DNA of 63,763 bases, the filler included, from Guillardia theta CCMP2712 (lineage: Eukaryota > Protista > Cryptophyta): NCBI RefSeq assembly GCF_000315625.1. It is 9 parts of 9 records of this genome, joined end to end, with 100 filler letters (N's around TTAATTAATTAA, not from the genome) between each part and the next. Parts side by side here need not be neighbours in the genome. Positions count along the whole stretch, not along the records: positions 58,307 to 62,336 come from NW_005434140.1; positions 62,437 to 63,763 come from NW_005434581.1; 7 more parts are not named here. The stretch is one strand, 5' to 3'. Every line of letters starts with the position of its first letter. The stretch's first letter is position 1. Of the stretch, positions 60,250 to 63,763 are shown one piece after another. The position numbers were made by a program, and so were the translations under genes. The notes beneath the pieces were generated by a model, which saw only the letters and a list, made by a program, of their open reading frames with translations, made no database searches and had not been told where the DNA came from.

Positions 60250-62336
60250 GTATGTTTGTTTCGCTTCTGTCCCAACCTCTTCAAGTGCTTGTTCCGTATC
60301 TTCACCATTCTTCCGCGCCCGCCAAACCTATTACCGGGCCCCCCGTTGCCGCCCGAGAGGGCCATCGCCCGGCGCACCGGCGGCATAGGCACTGCGGCAG
60401 CGCGCCGCGCGGGCCCGGCCCGGGCATGTCGGGGTGATGCGATAGGACTCGGGACTCCATGATTGGCCGCGGGCGGCGTCCGATACGATACGGTCCGGCC
60501 GCCCGGCCGCGGCGCCCGGCTGCCATTGGATTCGGAGCCACCAAGACCTCCGAGGCTCACTCGGAATGAGCGAGTCATCGGATGATGTCTGCCACTGCCA
60601 GACTGAGAGATACCCGGAGACTCGATGATGAAGCGGAGGGGGTCAGAACATATCCAGCCCATCTTCTCCAACGCTGCAACATGGAGGGCGTCGAGGATGA
60701 CCTCCCCCCACTTGGTCCGACTCTCAGGTTGGCAGAGCTACCCAGTAAATCCTACTATGATTCAAGACTGCACCGGCTGCAGATGGCGCGGCGATCCCAC
60801 CTGCCCCGGCTGCTGTGCCTGATGACGCAGGACGCCCCCCGGCATCTGTGGTACACATCCCTGGTTTGCACGCTCTCGTCGACGCTGATAGGTTTTACTG
60901 GCAGAAGGTAAAAAGTGCCCGAGTCAAGCAAAACAAAGCAGGAACAAGATCGACCTCCGCCTGCGCAGCGCAATGTGACTCCTCTTGTCATGCGCATCTT
61001 CCCTCGCCATGTGCATGCTCGCGCTGCGCTGACCGATCCGCAGCGTGATATTCTTACCTTGCGGCACAGCCGAGGGCAAAGCTGGCGGCCGCGGACGGAG
61101 AAAGATACAATGGATTTACTGGCAGCCTCCCTCAAGGTAAAAAGTGCCTCAAGCAAAACAAAGCAGGAACAAGCTAAACCTCCTGGCACACAAGGAGCCG
61201 GCGTTACCCGGGGCCCGGTCCGCCTGGGGCAGCGGACGGAGGGAGGCTGGACACAGGAGCACGGTACCGCTCGAGGTAGTCCTCCTCGCTAGCCTCCGAG
61301 TCAGCGGTAGCCGAGACCAACACCGCCCGTGATGGCGGCGACGCGGCGCGGCAATGCCCAAGGACCGGCGTGACCCGACCGTTGCCGGGGAAAAAAGCTA
61401 TGGATTTACTGGCAGAAGGTAAAAAGTGCCTCAAGCAAAACAAAGCAGGAACAAGCTGAACCTCCTGGCACACAGCGCACAGCGAGAAGCTGCACAATCA
61501 CACACAAAACACAAGCCCGAAAAAGAACCAGCACTGCTGGCACCCAGACGCGGCAGCGCCAGCCCACAGCAGCAGCTGCAGGAGTCCGAGCAGCTGCAAC
61601 CGCCCCAGCAGCCCTCGCGAGGGCGGCGGCAACGCAGCCGCCGCAGCCGCAGCCGCAGCCGCAGCCGCAGCCGCAACACCACCGCCACCAGCAGCAACCG
61701 CAGCAGCCGCAGCCGCAGCCGCAGCACCCGCGTCAGCAGCAGCAGCAACCGCAGCAGCAGCAGCAGCAGCAGCAACGCCAGCGTCAGCAGCAGCAGCAGC
61801 AGCAGCAACACCAGCAACAGCAGCGACCACAACCGCGCGGGCCGAGGGAGCAGCGGCAGTCCGGCCAATCGTCTCAGGAGTCTGAGCCTGCTCCTCCGCC
61901 GCGACCTACGCTGTCCCTCACCTCTGCGAGCGAGCGCCAACGACAGTTGGCGATTCATCAGTTCACTGCGGGTGACCTTCATCGGGCGGTACGGACACTA
62001 CTGAGCTCCGGCATCTACAAGGCTGAATCTTTCGCTGATCTTCTTGCTGAAGCACAAGAGAAGTTCCCTGATGGTGCGTCGCCTGCCTTTGGAAGTGCTT
62101 CCGCGGATCATCTCACCCAGCAAGCGCTTGCAGTGCTGCAGGTGGATTTGACTGACATCCTCGACACCACTAGCCTGATCCAGGCGATCAAGCGCTACAG
62201 CTCCTTTGCGGGGACCGATGACCAAGGGTGGAGGATTCGGCAACACCTGTCACCCCTTTCTAGTCATGCTCTTGCGACTGGCTCTTACGCGTAGGGTGCT
62301 GCCTGGCCGTCTGCCCAACCCTTCCCCTTTTCTTTT
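60250..62336 (+). mobile_element. Probable decayed 5' portion of a CRE/R2-like non-LTR retrotransposon
   Basis: An open frame at ~61374-62294 ends AGDLHRAVRTLLSSGIY..AQEKFP..LIQAIKR.SSFAGTDDQGWRIRQHL, resembling the GxLSRAxxxLxSxG..KHP..SAxGPDGWRxxHL region upstream of RT. No ATG, and a premature stop. Confidence 0.5.
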
Positions 62337-62435
62337 NNNNNNNNNNNNNNNNNNNNNNNNNNNNNNNNNNNNNNNNNNNNTTAATTAATTAANNNNNNNN
62401 NNNNNNNNNNNNNNNNNNNNNNNNNNNNNNNNNNN

Positions 62436-63028
62436 NGATGAAAGGAAGCGAAAGAGCACAGGCATCTTGATGCGAGGAGCGCTCGCTGGCATCCCTCCTC
62501 TCAACCTGCCCAGCACGAAGATTGTGGAGCCGGATTTGATCTACCAAGGCAGAAGGATGAGAGTTAGAGCAGTTGACGGAAAGACTTGACGGCCAGCGTG
62601 ACGTCGATAGAGGAGAGGAGAGAGAGTAGTGGGGAGGGTGGAGGAGGAGGAGGAGGACATGATTACCTTGGCGAGTCGTAGAGGTGAAACGTTCCCAAGA
62701 TGTCTGACTCGGAGACACCAGCCTGCAGTAGCAGGATGAGGAGAAGGAGGGCGAGTGGAAGCTGAAGATATGCAGGAGCCTAGGGTGGGAGAAAAAGCAG
62801 CAGCGGCAGCGGCAGCGGCAGCGGCAGCGGCAGCGGCAGCGGCAGCGGCAGCGGCAGCGGCAGCGGCAGCGGCAGCGGCGGCAGCAGCAGCAGGGGAGCC
62901 TTGTTACCTTGCGGAGCTGACGAGCTTCTTTCCTCGCACTGACCTGCATCTTTTGCGGCATCGTGCGCTCCTCGGTTTTCCTCCTCCTGCTCAATCACCA
63001 TCATCATCATCATCATCTCAATCATCAT

Positions 63029-63059
<31 letters not shown>

Positions 63060-63390
63060 TCCATCATCTCCATCATCATCATCTCGTCCATCATCTCGTC
63101 TATCATCTCAATCATCAACATCTCCATCATCAACATCAGCATCATCATCATAATCTCAATCATAATCTCCATTATCATCATCTCCATCATAATCTCAATC
63201 ATAATCTCAATCATCTCCACCATAATCTCAATCATCTCCACCATAATCTCAATCATCTCCACCATACTCTCAATCATCTCAATCATAATCTCCACCATCA
63301 TCATCCTTCCATTTCAACGCACATTCTCTTCATCGCCTTGCCCACTCCATACTCGTTGAATCCGATTCGATTGAGTCCCCCTGGATGATA
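62436..63390 (-). CDS. Internal exons of an unidentified gene
   Basis: Short coding-like exons between microsatellite introns. Confidence 0.3.
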
Positions 63391-63651
63391 AAGAGCAATG
63401 CGGAGGAGGTAAATGAGAAACGAAGAGCAGGAGACGAGAAAGAGAAGAAGAGGAAGGGAGAGGAGGAGAAAGAAGTGGAGGGGAGAGGAGGAGGAGAAAG
63501 AAGAGGAGGGGAGAGGAGGAGGAGGAGAAAGAAGAGAGGAGGAGGAGGAGGAGGAGGGAAGTGGAAAGGAGAAAACAAAGAGGTGGGTAGGGGAAGCAGG
63601 AAGCAGGAGAGGGGAGGGCAAGAAAGTCATTGTAGAAACGATAGAGGGAGT

Positions 63652-63763
<112 letters not shown>

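Overview
This is eukaryotic nuclear DNA, not prokaryotic. It has many short GT/GC-AG introns filled with (GGA)n/(GAT)n microsatellites, bipartite signal-peptide+Phe plastid-targeting N-termini, RWP-RK genes and a TTTAGGG tract. Together these suggest an alga with a red-derived secondary plastid, probably a cryptophyte (inference). The window is not one locus: an artificial N-TTAATTAATTAA-N linker occurs 8 times, so it holds about 9 concatenated scaffolds, and adjacency across linkers means nothing. Contents in order: (1) a 332-bp palindrome-rich satellite array containing a young full-length Ty3/Gypsy chromovirus; (2) a TE-dense scaffold with a Crypton-type tyrosine recombinase gene and a decayed paralogue, a TGTCA...TGACA foldback/MITE, a repeat-bearing plastid-targeted gene, and (TTTAGGG)4 followed by an RRM-like ORF and 76-bp hairpin repeats; (3) a BiP-type Hsp70 and an MDR oxidoreductase; (4) a ~1.6-kb GC-rich tandem repeat; (5-7) host genes including GGPP synthase, ankyrin proteins, a DHHC acyltransferase, WW+GNAT, RING+AP2-like and an inverted RWP-RK pair; (8) a decayed CRE/R2-like non-LTR fragment; (9) a gene fragment. 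All calls come from motifs read by eye with no database searches. Exon boundaries of intron-rich genes are approximate.
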